The notes under the pieces are model-generated. The model was not told the DNA's origin. It saw only the letters and a program-made list of their open reading frames with translations, and did not search any database. A stretch of 63,957 bases of DNA, filler included, from Aduncisulcus paluster (Eukaryota): the NCBI GenBank assembly GCA_024181965.1. It is 13 parts of 13 records of this genome, joined end to end, with 100 filler letters (N's around TTAATTAATTAA, not from the genome) between each part and the next. Parts side by side here need not be neighbours in the genome. Positions count along the whole stretch, not along the records: positions 17,509 to 26,301 come from BQXS01011669.1; positions 26,402 to 38,075 come from BQXS01011670.1; 11 more parts are not named here. One strand, written 5' to 3'. The translations under genes and the position numbers were made by a program. Each line of letters opens with the position of its first letter. Within the stretch, counting starts at the first letter, position 1. This document shows positions 23,501 to 35,915 of this stretch, piece after piece.

Positions 23501-26301
23501 CCTCCTCTGCATGCAAGCACGAGCAGACACGGCAGCAGAGATTATGTATGACCCAGGGATATGATCGAACACCTTATTCCCTACAATGTCCTGGAACGTG
23601 AGTATGCTGGGACAGTTGGAAGAGTAGTTTTCACTGCTCTGGGCGGTGATAGAATCAGGAGGAGACGACGATGAAGGAATAACGACGCCATCAATACTGG
23701 AGGCACTCACGCTATTCACACCTCCGACGTGGTCATGTCTCACTGACTCATCCAATATAATTCCACTTGATACTCCCACAAGACTCAGGATAGACTCTGA
23801 GGTGATGGGGACAACCGAAGGAGGAAAGAGGGACACGAAGGAGGAAGCAGCGGCAGCAGTCATTAGTGCACACTGAAAGATCCCACGTCTGGATGCTCTT
23901 AGCTGAGATATCAGGAGTGAAGGGGCTGTTGGAGAGTGATGGGTAAGACACGGAGTTAAGGATTTGTCAGGGTACATCGAATGAGGAATAATTTCAAGAT
24001 CATCATACATGGCGCTGAACATCAAAAAATGGGCTAAAAATAGATAATCATTTGACTTTATGAAAGATATCAAGGCTTCCTCATCAATCGAAAGTCGTTG
24101 TGCAAATATTGAGCGTATCGTAGGAAATACAAGAGGGGAGAGTCCAAGACAACCTATCACAGATGGTAACAACCCTTCATTCTTCTTGCTTTTTAAACCA
24201 GAGGCCTCAGGTTCGAGCCCCCGTGCACGTATTATTGGTGAAGAAGGTGATCCCAAAGGAGTAGATTTCTTTCTAATCATATTCATGACATAACAAAGAA
24301 GTTCAGTCAGAGAGAGTGACGATGAGAGCCGAAGGAGTTGCAGGTTATAAAAATTGGTGATTGGTGAAGGGAATATGCACAGGAGAGATGAAGAAGAGAT
24401 CAAATTAAACATATAATCAAACTCAAAACCACGGATAGGTTCAATTATTCCTTTCTTTGACATCCCCTCAAGACGCATCAACACTCGAACGGAACGTTCC
24501 AAGGGTTTCTCTCCAGCTTTTGGCTCGAGAGAGGACTGGACACATCCTAATTCAATGCAAACGGACGATAATAAGAGGAAATGGACAAGTCTGACCAAGT
24601 GACGATTCCTGGCCTCGACAATTCTTATTTGCAGGAGACTTTGAGTAGATTCCTTCACGCTTTCAATCTCTTCTTCTTTAACAGAATCCTGAATATCGGT
24701 TGATTTCAATTGTGAAAGGAGGACAAATATCAAGAAAGACAGAGGAGAGTGAAGAACACTCATATCTGTTAAAATCCTACCATGTTCGCAAATAGCAACA
24801 CAGAATCCAGTCAAAACAAGGAGAGGAACACAGGAATCATATTGCGATCGATAATTCATTAATAACTTATACACGAAAGAAGAGCTCACTCGTGAAGAGA
24901 GGAATGGGGGAAGAGCCATGGATGAAGGAGAAGAAGTTGAAATGGTCATTGAAAGAGATGTCAGCGATTGCTCGATGGAGTCAATAGAAAACATTGGGAG
25001 CAATTTACACACAACAAGGGAGAAGCGTAAGATTGCCCATTCCAAGAGGGGAGAATCCTTAGAAAGGGAAAGGGTCGAGGGTAGCAGAAATAATTTGTAC
25101 AATGCCATCAACAGATCCTTTTGAATTGAGAATGGCAATAACTTTGGGAGAAATGCAGGATAGAGAGATTCATTCCGATCTTTATAGCTTGTATCGAATG
25201 ATCCATTCGAATGTCCACCAAGACACACTGCAGATGATACTCCTGATGTGTCCATTTGTCCAGATATATCCGAATCACTGTCATTCTCGGTAAATATATG
25301 ATCTGTTTTCCAATTTGGATGGACTTTAGTGAACGATCCAAGCATTATTGAAAGCATTGACACGACATTACACAGGAGAGGAGCAGAATGTGAAGGAATA
25401 GATAGCAAATTATTAATAAATCCAAGGATACATGAAATGAATGAGGCAGAGAATAACAGACCCCCGGGAGGATACAATGGAAATCCGATGAAATCTTCAG
25501 GTTGAATGCCATCCTCAGAGGACATGTTAGTTGAACTATGAGTTCCCCTTAAATGTCGAACTCCCTTTTTTCGTGGATCGATGGTAGAGACAAATTGAGA
25601 TAGATCACTGGAAATATCTTGCCAGGATGACACAACCTCAAAGCAATCTCGTTCAAGAATAGCGTGAAGTCCAACAGAGAATTGGTATATAAAAGATTGA
25701 GGGTCAATGGATGAAAGGACATCGAAGATAGAGGCAACATCATCGCTTGTCCAGAGCGTTGTGTGTTCCATTCGATCTGCAAGAGAGATAAAGCCATTGC
25801 CAGAACGAGAAGAGGGAGAGGATATTTTGGTTCTTTCAAATGACAGAATATCCCTCATGACTTTTCTACGTCTAGCTCTCCACCTATCCCATATTCCATG
25901 AATATACCCTATTGGGGAGATAATCTCAGGGGAAAAAGGAAGGATAAAAGAGGGATTGAATGTTGATGATAAGACTTCTGATGACACTGTAGCATCGATC
26001 GAGGTCTGAGGTGATGTAACATTGGGGCTCTCTGAAATGGAGCTCAAGAGACGCATGAACACGTCCTCACAAACGAAAGAGTCACCAACGGACACCAGAC
26101 TCGTCACAAGACCACTTCGAGACGAGAGAACATGGACGAAATCTGACTGATGAACGGAAAGGATAGATGTCTTATGAACAGGACCAAGGAAACAAGGTAA
26201 TAGGGGACTTCCAGCGGGATATATATCATCTCTAAAGCTAGAAATGGATCGGGATGACCCATTGCCAGGGGAACCATCAGAATCTTTCCTCATCTCTTGT
26301 G
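17509..26301 (-). CDS. Very large PIKK-family kinase, ATR-like, truncated just before the catalytic GDRH motif
   Basis: >2900-aa frame ending in VMQSKAHPVMITL..NGSSIQLLLKPGDNVIKDGR, CGIVEIIPN and PSQWYSRLINFNESMAAWSVMCWVLDL. These resemble ATR KPKDDLRKD and WYSSRSAYCRSTAVMSMVGYILGL. Confidence 0.75.
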
Positions 26302-26401
26302 NNNNNNNNNNNNNNNNNNNNNNNNNNNNNNNNNNNNNNNNNNNNTTAATTAATTAANNNNNNNNNNNNNNNNNNNNNNNNNNNNNNNNNNNNNNNNNNN
26401 N

Positions 26402-27994
26402 TTTTGATGAAATATTTTTGCTATTTTTAGAATTTAAATGAGAATTATTATAATTATTTGAAGAAGAAGAAGAAGAAGTTGGAGCAGGGGGAAATCGAAT
26501 CTTTGAAGAGGTTTGGCGAGAGGATAAAAGCTGACTTATTGCATCTTCACGATAGATTCCTTGTCCGAGAACATCATACACATCGTCATAACTGGCAATA
26601 ATTTGTTCAGGTTTCTTCTCAATTGTTCTATTTTTAGATAAACTCGACCTTAAATCTGTTTTTTCTGATCTCTCCTCTCTCTCTTCATCTTTTGGCGTTG
26701 GAAAGATATATTCCGATCTGTAATATTCATGATCATGACCTCTGCTATGTTGTTTGTGTTTTGAATATGCTCCCTTTTCATCTCTCTTTTGAGTCTTGCG
26801 TTTGACTTTGTCTTGAGAAACTTTGTCTTGGTGAGAATATCGGTGCGACTGCTCTATTTTTGGAATATCTTCTTCCGCAAAACATCGTTTAGTATGTTTA
26901 GGGTGTCGTGACTCTGTTCGGTGTTGAGTATGTTTCTTTGTAGGGTAATAGTGAACAAAAAGTTCTTGATGATGTCGGTCACATTCACGACTATGACTAC
27001 GAGATTGAGCATGAGATGGGCTGTTACATTTTCCCACCGTCTTTTTATGCTGCAGCTGTGACTTGGAATTTGTTGTTTTGATATCTAAAATTGGAAATAG
27101 TTGATGAGAATGTTTAGAACATGAAGAAGATGACGATTTTATCCGAGTCTTCCTTTCTTTCTTTCGTCTTTCTTGTTCAATTAGACCTGCTGTCTTCTCA
27201 GAGAAATATGAGGTATCTTTTTCAGCAGAAAGACAAGTTCCACTTATTGAAACTTGATATTTACATAACGGAGAAAGAATACAACTCTGAAGAGGGCTCG
27301 AGCTCCGAACAGAACGTTGTTGTTTGGTGGAATAAGAGAGTTTTGTACTAGAATTGCAGGAAGGGATATGGACATCTGATTCAAGAGCTGAACATTCCAA
27401 TACAAGCTTGGAACAACATACAAGTCCAGGTTTACAACGAGGAGAAAATACAATTTCAATAAAAATTTGCTCTCCTTTTGATAGGGAGAAATTGGACGGA
27501 TTAACAGAAAAAGAACTCGAAGGCGCGAGAGAATAGCCAGAATATTTTGCAACATCTCCTTTTTTATCTGGACTAAAACTTGAAATGAATGATCTAGGGG
27601 CGATATAACATCTAATCTTAACATTTTGGCAAGCCTTGATATGGAGAGAAATATTACACTTATTGCCAGTTGGAGTTGCTGGAAATTGAATATTATTAGT
27701 TGATACAAGAATTGCTCTCTCTATAATATTTATAATTAACGAGTAAGTGGAAAATTGTGAATAAAACAAGTTGAAGAAAAAAATCACAATATTAATCGTT
27801 AAAATATTAATATTGGGAACTTTTAATAAAAAATATTGATACATACTCATCTCAAGGTCATCAAATTCAGTTGTACCAGGACAATTTATTTTGGAGAACT
27901 TTATTAGTTTAAAAAAATAATATTTGATAGATGTTATCAAAAGAATATTGGTTTTTATGCAAATATAAGCTATTGAAAAGATATAAATATCCAT
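26402..27994 (-). CDS. Protein with an ASH (ASPM-SPD2-Hydin)/MSP-like Ig domain and basic low-complexity tail; probable intron 27846-27721; start uncertain; 3' truncated
   Basis: IQFPATPTG..CNISLHIK and FSVNPSNFSLSKGEQIFIEIVFSP. An AT-rich GTATGT...ATAG segment lies inside the ORF. Confidence 0.55.
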
Positions 27995-28753
27995 AATACT
28001 TCATTAGAAAGGGAATTGCGGGTTTCTGTCTAATGTCTCTCAAATATATGATTATATCAAAAATAATTGGATGTCGAATGTGTAAGTAAAAGTTTTAATC
28101 CTCAATGATGAAATTAATTCAAGAGATCATGAGAAAATGAATCATTTTAAATGATATCGACACAAACAATAATATATCACTATATAAAAGTATAATTAAG
28201 ACATAAATGCAGAAAAGGGACATGGAATGCCCATCTATATCTTCATATTACTGTAAAATCGCCCAATAAAAATCATTTGGTTAAATCCAGCTTGATTCTG
28301 GAAATATATTGGAGAATGTGCTTGAAATTTCTTTAAATTGTTTATAAAAATCCCTTGTAAACATATAATATTCTATCTTTCATTTTAACTATTTGATATC
28401 CGCACGATACGATTGGATACTTTTATTGCGATTGAATTGAGCAATTAATTAACAATATAATCATTGAAAACAACAACAAATATGTTTTTTATTTCCAGAT
28501 CATATTTTTATTTCTTCAATTTATTTGCATATCCCTATTTCACAGTCTCATAATCAAAAAGAGGTGAAAGTGCAGACACAACAGATGTGGGAAAATTACC
28601 ATATTTTTCTATTCACTAAAATATCATCAAAATACATCAATTATGGGTAGAAATCATTCTTAAAGGATAAAAACGAATCTAATCCTAAAATAGCTCAAGA
28701 AGAAGCCGTGTAAACATATCTTTTTTTTCTTCCGAACATTCCAACAATTGCTG

Positions 28754-29490
28754 ATGGCTGACCCAAAACCCCCAAAGAGACCTTTAAATGCGTATGATCG
28801 TCTTTTATTTTCCCTTATTCTATTATTTATTTTTATCTTTTCCGGCAATTTAACCTCCATATGTTTTTGTCATGATTTCCAATTCCTATCTGTAAATATA
28901 CAACTAAATTTCTAATCGATGTGTTATTTTCCAGTTACATGGTTTGGAGTGGTAGAAACCGTGCCGCTTTAAAGGCTGAATACCCTAGCCTTGTTGGAAA
29001 AGCTTTTACCACCAAACTTGGTGAACTTTACCATCAAATTGATGCTGATGAGAAGGCCCAACTTGATCAAGAATACAAAGAAGCCATGGCCAAGTGGAAA
29101 GTTGAGTATGAACAATTTAAACTTGACAATCCCGATTACACTCCTCCCTCTCGTGCCAGTTCCAAGAAAGCCGTCGCTTCCATGTCTGCTTTTGCCCTCT
29201 TTTATGGAGCTGAGCTTGCTAAACTTCAGATTGAAAGTGAGAAAACTCTTTCCAAAGCCTCTGCCTTGAAAAAGATTGTCAAGAAATGGGAGGCCTTAAA
29301 GTCCAAGGACCTCAAAAAGTGGGAAGACGCTGCTAAAAGAGCTCTTACTGAAGGTGTTTTACCCAAGAAGAAGAAGCCAACAAAGAAGGAAGTCGCTAAG
29401 AAGGAAGTTGAAGTTGAAGACTCCGAAGAAGAGTCATCTGACGAATCTTCCGACGTGTCTGGAAGTGAATCTTCCTCAACATCTGATTAA
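28754..29490 (+). CDS. HMG-box protein (two boxes, acidic tail); exons 28754-28791 and 28935-29490
   Basis: Splicing GTATGA...CCAG restores MADPKPPKRPLNAYMVW; second box MSAFALF...KKWEAL. Confidence 0.92.
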
Positions 29491-29882
29491 TTTTAATTTC
29501 CTTTTCTTTTTTTTTGTCTCGCAAGTTCTTTCTCAGCGATATCAATAACATTCCATACTCCATGAGTTCAATCCTTTCATTATGTTAAAATACAATTGTT
29601 ATTTTTTCTAATAAATTGGATTTACATTTTAAATTTTATGTTAAATAAATAATTTTTTGCTGAATTACTTAGCTAATTGTTCAAATTTCTTGTTCGAGTT
29701 ATAGAAAGTTATTCAACATTTTGGATTGTGCATTAATTGAATCCAATTGTTTAAAATGCATTTTATCATTCTAAGGTGTTGGATTATCGCTCTATTAGTA
29801 TTTTCTAGTTGTGCTATTTTTGGTTTGCCGGGCGCGTAGAACCTCTATAGCTCTTGAGAAGCAACTCCAACAAATATATATC

Positions 29883-31835
29883 ATGAATTATTATGGTGGC
29901 AAAAGAAGAACCATATCAAGTACAAATTCACATCGAATTGGTCCTAAAAAGAAAACCGTAAGCCACCATTCACATAGATCGAGCTCTTCGGAGAGACAAA
30001 ATGAAAATCACGTCGAATTATACAAATCATTTAAATATACTATGCGGACTGAACTTGATATTTATTTTTATGCCCTTAATATGGTATTTGCTAGAAGAGT
30101 GTATCGAGCATTATGTTCCCGTGACAAAGTGGGGTTTTCAGAACAGTCAATAGCATATTCTGACACTCCACGAGATCCAACAGCTGAAATCTGTGACAAA
30201 CTATTATTTCCACCAATGTCTCTGGTTGAACCTTGTGTCTATCCTCATTTTGAGAGTTCCAACCATTTACTCACTCATATGGATTTTATTCTCCCTCCTC
30301 GTAATCCTAGATATTCATTTACAGCCGTTTTTGATATGGATCACACGTTACTCTATGCTTCATATAAACCTCTTCATGATTGCGATGGCACAATGGTCAC
30401 CCAAGATTGCAATGGGAAAACTCGGTTTTATGTCAAGATTCGGCCTTATGCCAAGGAACTTCTTCATGAAATCAAACGTCGTGGCGGAGAAGTTGTGATA
30501 TTCACTGCTTCCGTTAAAGACTATGCTGACCGTTGTCTCGCCATTTTGGATCCTCATAATCGTTATATCGACCACAGATTGTATCGAGATAACTGTATCT
30601 CGATCTCTCAACGCGATATGGACAAAACAATCGAATCGTATTATTATGATAGTTTGAGAGAGAAGAGAAAGGCATATTTGGAGAAAAAACGCCAAGAAGA
30701 AAAGAAAAAAGCCCTATTAGAACAATATTATGCCTTCTTTGGTCTTGACGAGTACTCTGATGATGAATATTCCGAAGCTAAGTCCGAGGGTGAGGAAGAA
30801 AAGCTTTGTGACAAGAAGAAGGAGAAGAAGGAAGATGGAGAAGAAGAAGACTTTTCCATTTTTGAAGGAAAACCCATTCTCCCTTTTGACGAGATTGGTT
30901 TCTCAAAATGCCTTGTAAAAGATCTTTCGAGACTTGGACGTGATATGCGGACAGTCTTCATAGTTGATGATAATCCAGCCTCGTATGCTCTCCAACCACT
31001 CGCTGCCATTGCATGTCGTCGTTTTAGAGGCGAGGATGATGATGATGAGCTGCTACTCATTGGGAATGCTCTCTTCCACGCCATTAAGGATGGCCACACT
31101 GAGAATGTGTCTGGTATGATGGAAGCCATAAAGGCTGCCCAAGATCACATTGAGATCTTTCGTATACCTGAGAAAGAGCACAGCAGAGAGAGCAGAGCAG
31201 TAGAGACCACGGCAAACGTTGCTCCATCTGGTACTTCCGAGGGTGCTGAGGATGCAATAACCAGTGAAATGCATCAAGAACAAGATTCGATTGGAGATGA
31301 GGAAGAAAGGGACAACAAAGATCCTCAGCAATTGATTATATCCAAACCGACTGGTCTTCTTGATCAGGAACAAGTTATCCAAGCGACACCGACTCGAGAG
31401 ACCTCACTTCCTTCAGTTGATATTGAAGGGGAAGTTTCGTATCCTGGACTCGTGGATTTTGATTCAGTTGTTTCTCACACAAATGCTGATGATGCAAGTA
31501 TGATTGTTGATGATGATTCCATTACTTCTGGTGCCAGTTTCGAGCATGTGCCAACAACAACAACGATTCCATCGCCGAAATCAGTTGAGCAAGTTGATAT
31601 GCCAATGATGCAAGTGTCAGGGTTAAGTTGTGATATTGACTGTGACCTTTCAAGCATTGCTCCTGAGCTCTCATTTTCCTCTCCCATCACAATAGGGGAA
31701 GATGATACCACTCTTTCTCAGGGATCTATGAAGGAGGAATCAAACCATTCGCTGCCTACATCTACGTCTATGGTTGTTCCTACGGCTACCAAACAGGTCG
31801 ATTTGGGCGATATCGCACTCTATCTTGAGATTTAG
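29883..31835 (+). CDS. FCP1/SCP (NIF-domain) CTD-like small phosphatase
   Basis: VFDMDHTL (DxDxT), YVKIRP, EVVIFTASVKDYAD, HRLYRDNC, VKDLSRLGRDM..VFIVDDNP. Confidence 0.9.
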   Translation: MNYYGGKRRTISSTNSHRIGPKKKTVSHHSHRSSSSERQNENHVELYKSFKYTMRTELDIYFYALNMVFARRVYRALCSRDKVGFSEQSIAYSDTPRDPTAEICDKLLFPPMSLVEPCVYPHFESSNHLLTHMDFILPPRNPRYSFTAVFDMDHTLLYASYKPLHDCDGTMVTQDCNGKTRFYVKIRPYAKELLHEIKRRGGEVVIFTASVKDYADRCLAILDPHNRYIDHRLYRDNCISISQRDMDKTIESYYYDSLREKRKAYLEKKRQEEKKKALLEQYYAFFGLDEYSDDEYSEAKSEGEEEKLCDKKKEKKEDGEEEDFSIFEGKPILPFDEIGFSKCLVKDLSRLGRDMRTVFIVDDNPASYALQPLAAIACRRFRGEDDDDELLLIGNALFHAIKDGHTENVSGMMEAIKAAQDHIEIFRIPEKEHSRESRAVETTANVAPSGTSEGAEDAITSEMHQEQDSIGDEEERDNKDPQQLIISKPTGLLDQEQVIQATPTRETSLPSVDIEGEVSYPGLVDFDSVVSHTNADDASMIVDDDSITSGASFEHVPTTTTIPSPKSVEQVDMPMMQVSGLSCDIDCDLSSIAPELSFSSPITIGEDDTTLSQGSMKEESNHSLPTSTSMVVPTATKQVDLGDIALYLEI

Positions 31836-32106
31836 TATCCATTATTTAAACCAATATTACAAACCCTTTCATAAAAATATTTACTATTATAAATATATAA
31901 TATATATCAAAATTTACAACATAATATTCAAATATTGATTCAATTTATTTTCAAACAAATGGCCAAAAATCGATTTTTGTTTCTTTCCATAAATCACAGA
32001 AATTCTTATGTATTTTGAATAAATCTATTGCAATTTGGACAAATTGACTTTATTTGCGATACATTGGCAAAAAAAAGAGAGAAAAAATAAAAATTGGAAG
32101 AAAATT

Positions 32107-32180
32107 TGGTTTCGGCGGGGCTCGAACCCGCGATTTTCACGATGTAAGCGTGACGTCATGACCAACTAGACCACGAAACC
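32107..32180 (-). tRNA. tRNA-Val(TAC)
   Basis: Reverse complement: acceptor GGTTTCG/CGAAACC, anticodon arm TCACG-CTTACAT-CGTGA, T-arm GCGGG-TTCGAGC-CCCGC. Confidence 0.96.
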
Positions 32181-32337
32181 TCAATAAAAAAGAGCATAAA
32201 CTTTTATCAGTTGATTTAATTTTGATTTTTTAAGAATTTATGGATATAAATGCTGAATACTCATTCAAAGTCTATTACCTTTATAGTATACAATAACTTT
32301 ATTAGATATGCATTTATATGTTGATTGGAAAATTTAA

Positions 32338-32824
32338 TTAATTTGTTGATGAGAGAAGAGGGAAGCAAAGCAAGGTGGTTATAACTGCCAAAACACCCTC
32401 TATGGCGTACATAATAAAATCAGTCATCATAACATAAGTTTGTGCTCCACATAAACAAGCAATAGAAATAATTGTGAATGCAATCATAAATAACGATGTG
32501 ACAACATATCCTCTATTTTGAGCTCTATTGGCACGTTTTACGCACTTTAGTCTAATAAACTCGATGACAACTAATGCGACAAGAAAGAAAGTGTCTTTCC
32601 ACCTGTAACCATTAGGATATGGAAGATTTGCAAACTTCCAAAAGAGTATAAGAGCTTCCAAAATCATGCATATAACCAAAAATATCTTATTTATCCCGGC
32701 TACTATTGCCAGACTCATACTAGGTTGCGATTTCTAAAATAAAATGAAAACCTCGATAAAAATCAATTATCCGGTTGTTTTATAAATATCATAGAATATA
32801 CTCGGAAAATTAACATACTACCAT
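32338..32824 (-). CDS. TMEM216/TMEM17-family ciliary transition-zone membrane protein; 6-nt coding exon 32824-32819, intron 32818-32734
   Basis: WKFANLPYP, EFIRL...RAN and QTYVM..D fit the Transmemb_17 pattern. ATGGTA|GTATGT...TTTAG splices in frame. Confidence 0.75.
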
Positions 32825-32961
32825 TTTTAGATTATTCTTAAGTGGTTGGCAAATCTTGCTTTTCAGTACAGCACGAGAAGAAATGCAAGAAAATATGTAA
32901 TTTGGATATATTTATCAATAATAATATTCGAAATAACAAAATATGCAAAGATTTATTTAAG

Positions 32962-33684
32962 TCATTTTTTAGATCGGCTCTCATCACGAATTCGTTTTAA
33001 CTCCTCGGTGGGAATAAGATCTGTCTCTGCAAGACTATATTTTGCGCAATATAACACAAATCTAAGTCCTAAATGCGTTCTTTTCTCAAATTCTATGAAT
33101 TCATCATGATGAACGTGAAAAGCATGGGCAAACACACGTAATAATCGTCTTGCCAAATTCTTAAAGAACTTAAAACTCTGTCCACTCACTTCTGTTCGGG
33201 ATGGGAAATATGATGAATTGTGAAGAAGCGAGGAAGTTCCGTCGAGAGCATGGAGAGCATAATCAATAGCGCAACAGTCATGAGGACGTTTATGAGCAGC
33301 ACACAGAAATTGCAATGGTTTGGATGCAGGGCTGGAGGGTGATGGTACAGCCATAACAGGACAGGACTCAGGAATACACTTTCCATCTAATGACAATGTT
33401 AAATCACCTAATTGCCATGCAAAAATTCGTGTATGTTCAAGAATCCAAACGTTTATCCATTTTTCTTTTGGCAATGAGCTTGGCAAACTTATAATACCCT
33501 CACAATCGGTAGGATCACGTTCAATATTGCCCAAAATAAATTCTTGAAGACCAAATGATCCAGGAATCTCTGTGAATGGAATATGATCAGCTTCTTTTCT
33601 GAATTTGAAGAAGTTTGCAGCCTTTGTTCCAGGGAGATTGGCCCTTGGAGCTATTTCTATTTCTTCAGAGTCTTTAGAATCCAT
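32962..33684 (-). CDS. MOB4: MOB4/phocein
   Basis: WILEHTRIF, C.PESCPVM, FLCAAHKRPHDCCAIDY, YFPSR, RRLLRVFAHAF. Confidence 0.92.
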   Translation of the reverse strand: MDSKDSEEIEIAPRANLPGTKAANFFKFRKEADHIPFTEIPGSFGLQEFILGNIERDPTDCEGIISLPSSLPKEKWINVWILEHTRIFAWQLGDLTLSLDGKCIPESCPVMAVPSPSSPASKPLQFLCAAHKRPHDCCAIDYALHALDGTSSLLHNSSYFPSRTEVSGQSFKFFKNLARRLLRVFAHAFHVHHDEFIEFEKRTHLGLRFVLYCAKYSLAETDLIPTEELKRIRDESRSKK

Positions 33685-33960
33685 ATTGATATATATATTA
33701 TGATGCTTTAACTATATAATAAATGAAATTATATTAAACAATATTCAAATGTTTCGAAATGTCGCACAAACGTGACTTGAAATCCACAGTATTATCTAGA
33801 AATGTGGATAACTATTTGATAATGAAATGGACATTTAGCTTCAGTGTTTATTGTTTATTTTCAAATAACACTCACCAATAATCTTTATTTCCCTCTCTAT
33901 GAGAACACAATCCCCTGTGACATCAAAATAACAGAGAGGGGAAAAAACGTATTAGATAAT

Positions 33961-34899
33961 TTACTTTTCAGACACTATTTTCTCGAGTTCATCAACTATA
34001 CCACAGAATCTCTTCCAACCAACGCTGATCGATTTATCCTCCTTTCCTTCAGCACGTTTCTTATCTTCTTTCTCCATCACGACACCTTCCCATCTTCTTC
34101 CACTATCACAGGCGATTGTAAGAGAGGGATCAAGGGGAATTCTTCCGAGGAATCTAATCTTTGCGTCAAGACAGAGTTTTTCACCTCCACCGGCAGAAGG
34201 ATGGAATACGATTGTCTCCTCACCACAACAAGGACACACAAACCCACTCATATTCTCAATTAATCCAAGAATAGGAATAGCCGTCCTTCTGCAGAAATCA
34301 ACTTCTTTCCTAACATCACTGAGAGAAACTTCTTGGGGCTGTGTCACCAAAACGGCACCAGATATTCCAACAGATTTCAAGAAACTCACAATACTAAGGT
34401 GTTCATCGGAAGAACCGGGTGGAGTATCGATTACGAGATAATCAAGTTCACCCCAGGCGACATCCTTCAAGAAATTCTTAATGAGGGATACTTTTCTTGG
34501 ACCACGCCAGATAACAGCATCGTCAGGAGATGGAAGAAGGAATCCAATGGACATAATAGAAAGAGATCCTTCTCCATCACCAACATCACACACGACAGGT
34601 TCCCATCCTTTTCCTGCAGAATGAACAGAACTAGCAGTTGTTCCAGTGATAGTGGGAACAGATGGTCCACAAACATCAACGTCGAGGAGTCCAACTTGCT
34701 TTCCACGGCCAGCAAGGGCGAAGGCCATTTGACAGGCAACGGCACTCTTTCCAACACCTCCTTTACCGGATAAAACGAGGACAATGTTTTTAATCTTTGA
34801 CATACATTCAGTGATTTGAGCGAGATCAGGGTCAACAGAACCACCTGAACTACAAGAACCTCTATGGGGACATGTTGAACAATTTCCAGAACAAGACAT
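33961..34899 (-). CDS. NBP35: Cytosolic Fe-S cluster assembly P-loop NTPase NBP35/NUBP1
   Basis: N-terminal CSGNCSTCPHRGSC, LSGKGGVGKS, DVDVCGPS, VIWRGPRK, DTPPGSSDEH, ENMSGFVCPCC. Confidence 0.93.
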   Translation of the reverse strand: MSCSGNCSTCPHRGSCSSGGSVDPDLAQITECMSKIKNIVLVLSGKGGVGKSAVACQMAFALAGRGKQVGLLDVDVCGPSVPTITGTTASSVHSAGKGWEPVVCDVGDGEGSLSIMSIGFLLPSPDDAVIWRGPRKVSLIKNFLKDVAWGELDYLVIDTPPGSSDEHLSIVSFLKSVGISGAVLVTQPQEVSLSDVRKEVDFCRRTAIPILGLIENMSGFVCPCCGEETIVFHPSAGGGEKLCLDAKIRFLGRIPLDPSLTIACDSGRRWEGVVMEKEDKKRAEGKEDKSISVGWKRFCGIVDELEKIVSEK

Positions 34900-35324
34900 T
34901 AGGTAATATTATATTATGAAAAAGAAAAACAATTTAAGAAGTTAATAATTTTTTCAAAGAACCTTAAGTCGGAGAAAAGGCGATTTTTCCATCTGAAAAA
35001 AACTTTTTCTGACACAATTGTTCGCCGGATAAAATCAATTCATATCCCATATTATGAATAAACAGGTAGATGTACGACAGTATCACTATTTATTTCGATA
35101 TATCCTTTCGATTCATCAAAAATTGAGACCGAGTTGTGACGACTGAGTCACTGCTAATCAAAAGAAAATATCAACACATGAATTGTGAAATCGATATAAA
35201 TCGAAGGGCTTGTAAGATTTTATTAAGAAAAGAAGTCACTGGTTAAGACTCGAACTTTCTTTATTCAAAAATTTAAAAAATTAAATTCGTAGATTTTGAA
35301 ATTAACCAATCAATAAAATCCAAG

Positions 35325-35915
35325 TTACTCGTCTTGGAACCATTCAAGTTTACCCTCTGGGTCAGTTTTAATGGTCTTTTCTCCAGGAGTCCAACCACAG
35401 GGAATTCCTTCACCATCGTGTTCATCAACGTACTTGAAGGCTTGGATTAGACGAAGAGTCTCATCGGCATTTCTTCCGACAGGAAGGTTGTTGATGGTGG
35501 CAGAAACAATGATACCTTCACGGTTAATAATGTAGGTAGCACGGAGAGCAACACCCTCCTCTTCAATGAGACAACCGAAGGCTTTGCTCATCTTGAGGTT
35601 TCTATCAGCGAGCATGGGCATCTTCATAGCACCGAGACCTCCTTGCTTCTTGGGAGTAGCAGCCCATGACAAGTGGACGTATTCACTATCGGTACTAGCG
35701 ACAACGATTTCAGCTCCTTCCTTCTTGAAACTCTCAACGGCCTCAGAGTGACGGATAATCTCAGTGGGGCAAACAAAAGTGTAATCCATGGGATAGAACA
35801 TGATAACAAGGTACTTGCCCTTGTAGTCATCGTTGGTAAGGGTTTTGAAACTAAAATCAGGCATAAGAGCTGGACATTCAAAACGTGGAGCGGGTTTACC
35901 AATGAGATGAGACAT
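35325..35915 (-). CDS. Typical 2-Cys peroxiredoxin (Prx1/AhpC family)
   Basis: FYPMDYTFVCPTE, GGLG, ALRATYII, LPVGRN, C-terminal IPCGW. Confidence 0.96.
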   Translation of the reverse strand: MSHLIGKPAPRFECPALMPDFSFKTLTNDDYKGKYLVIMFYPMDYTFVCPTEIIRHSEAVESFKKEGAEIVVASTDSEYVHLSWAATPKKQGGLGAMKMPMLADRNLKMSKAFGCLIEEEGVALRATYIINREGIIVSATINNLPVGRNADETLRLIQAFKYVDEHDGEGIPCGWTPGEKTIKTDPEGKLEWFQDE

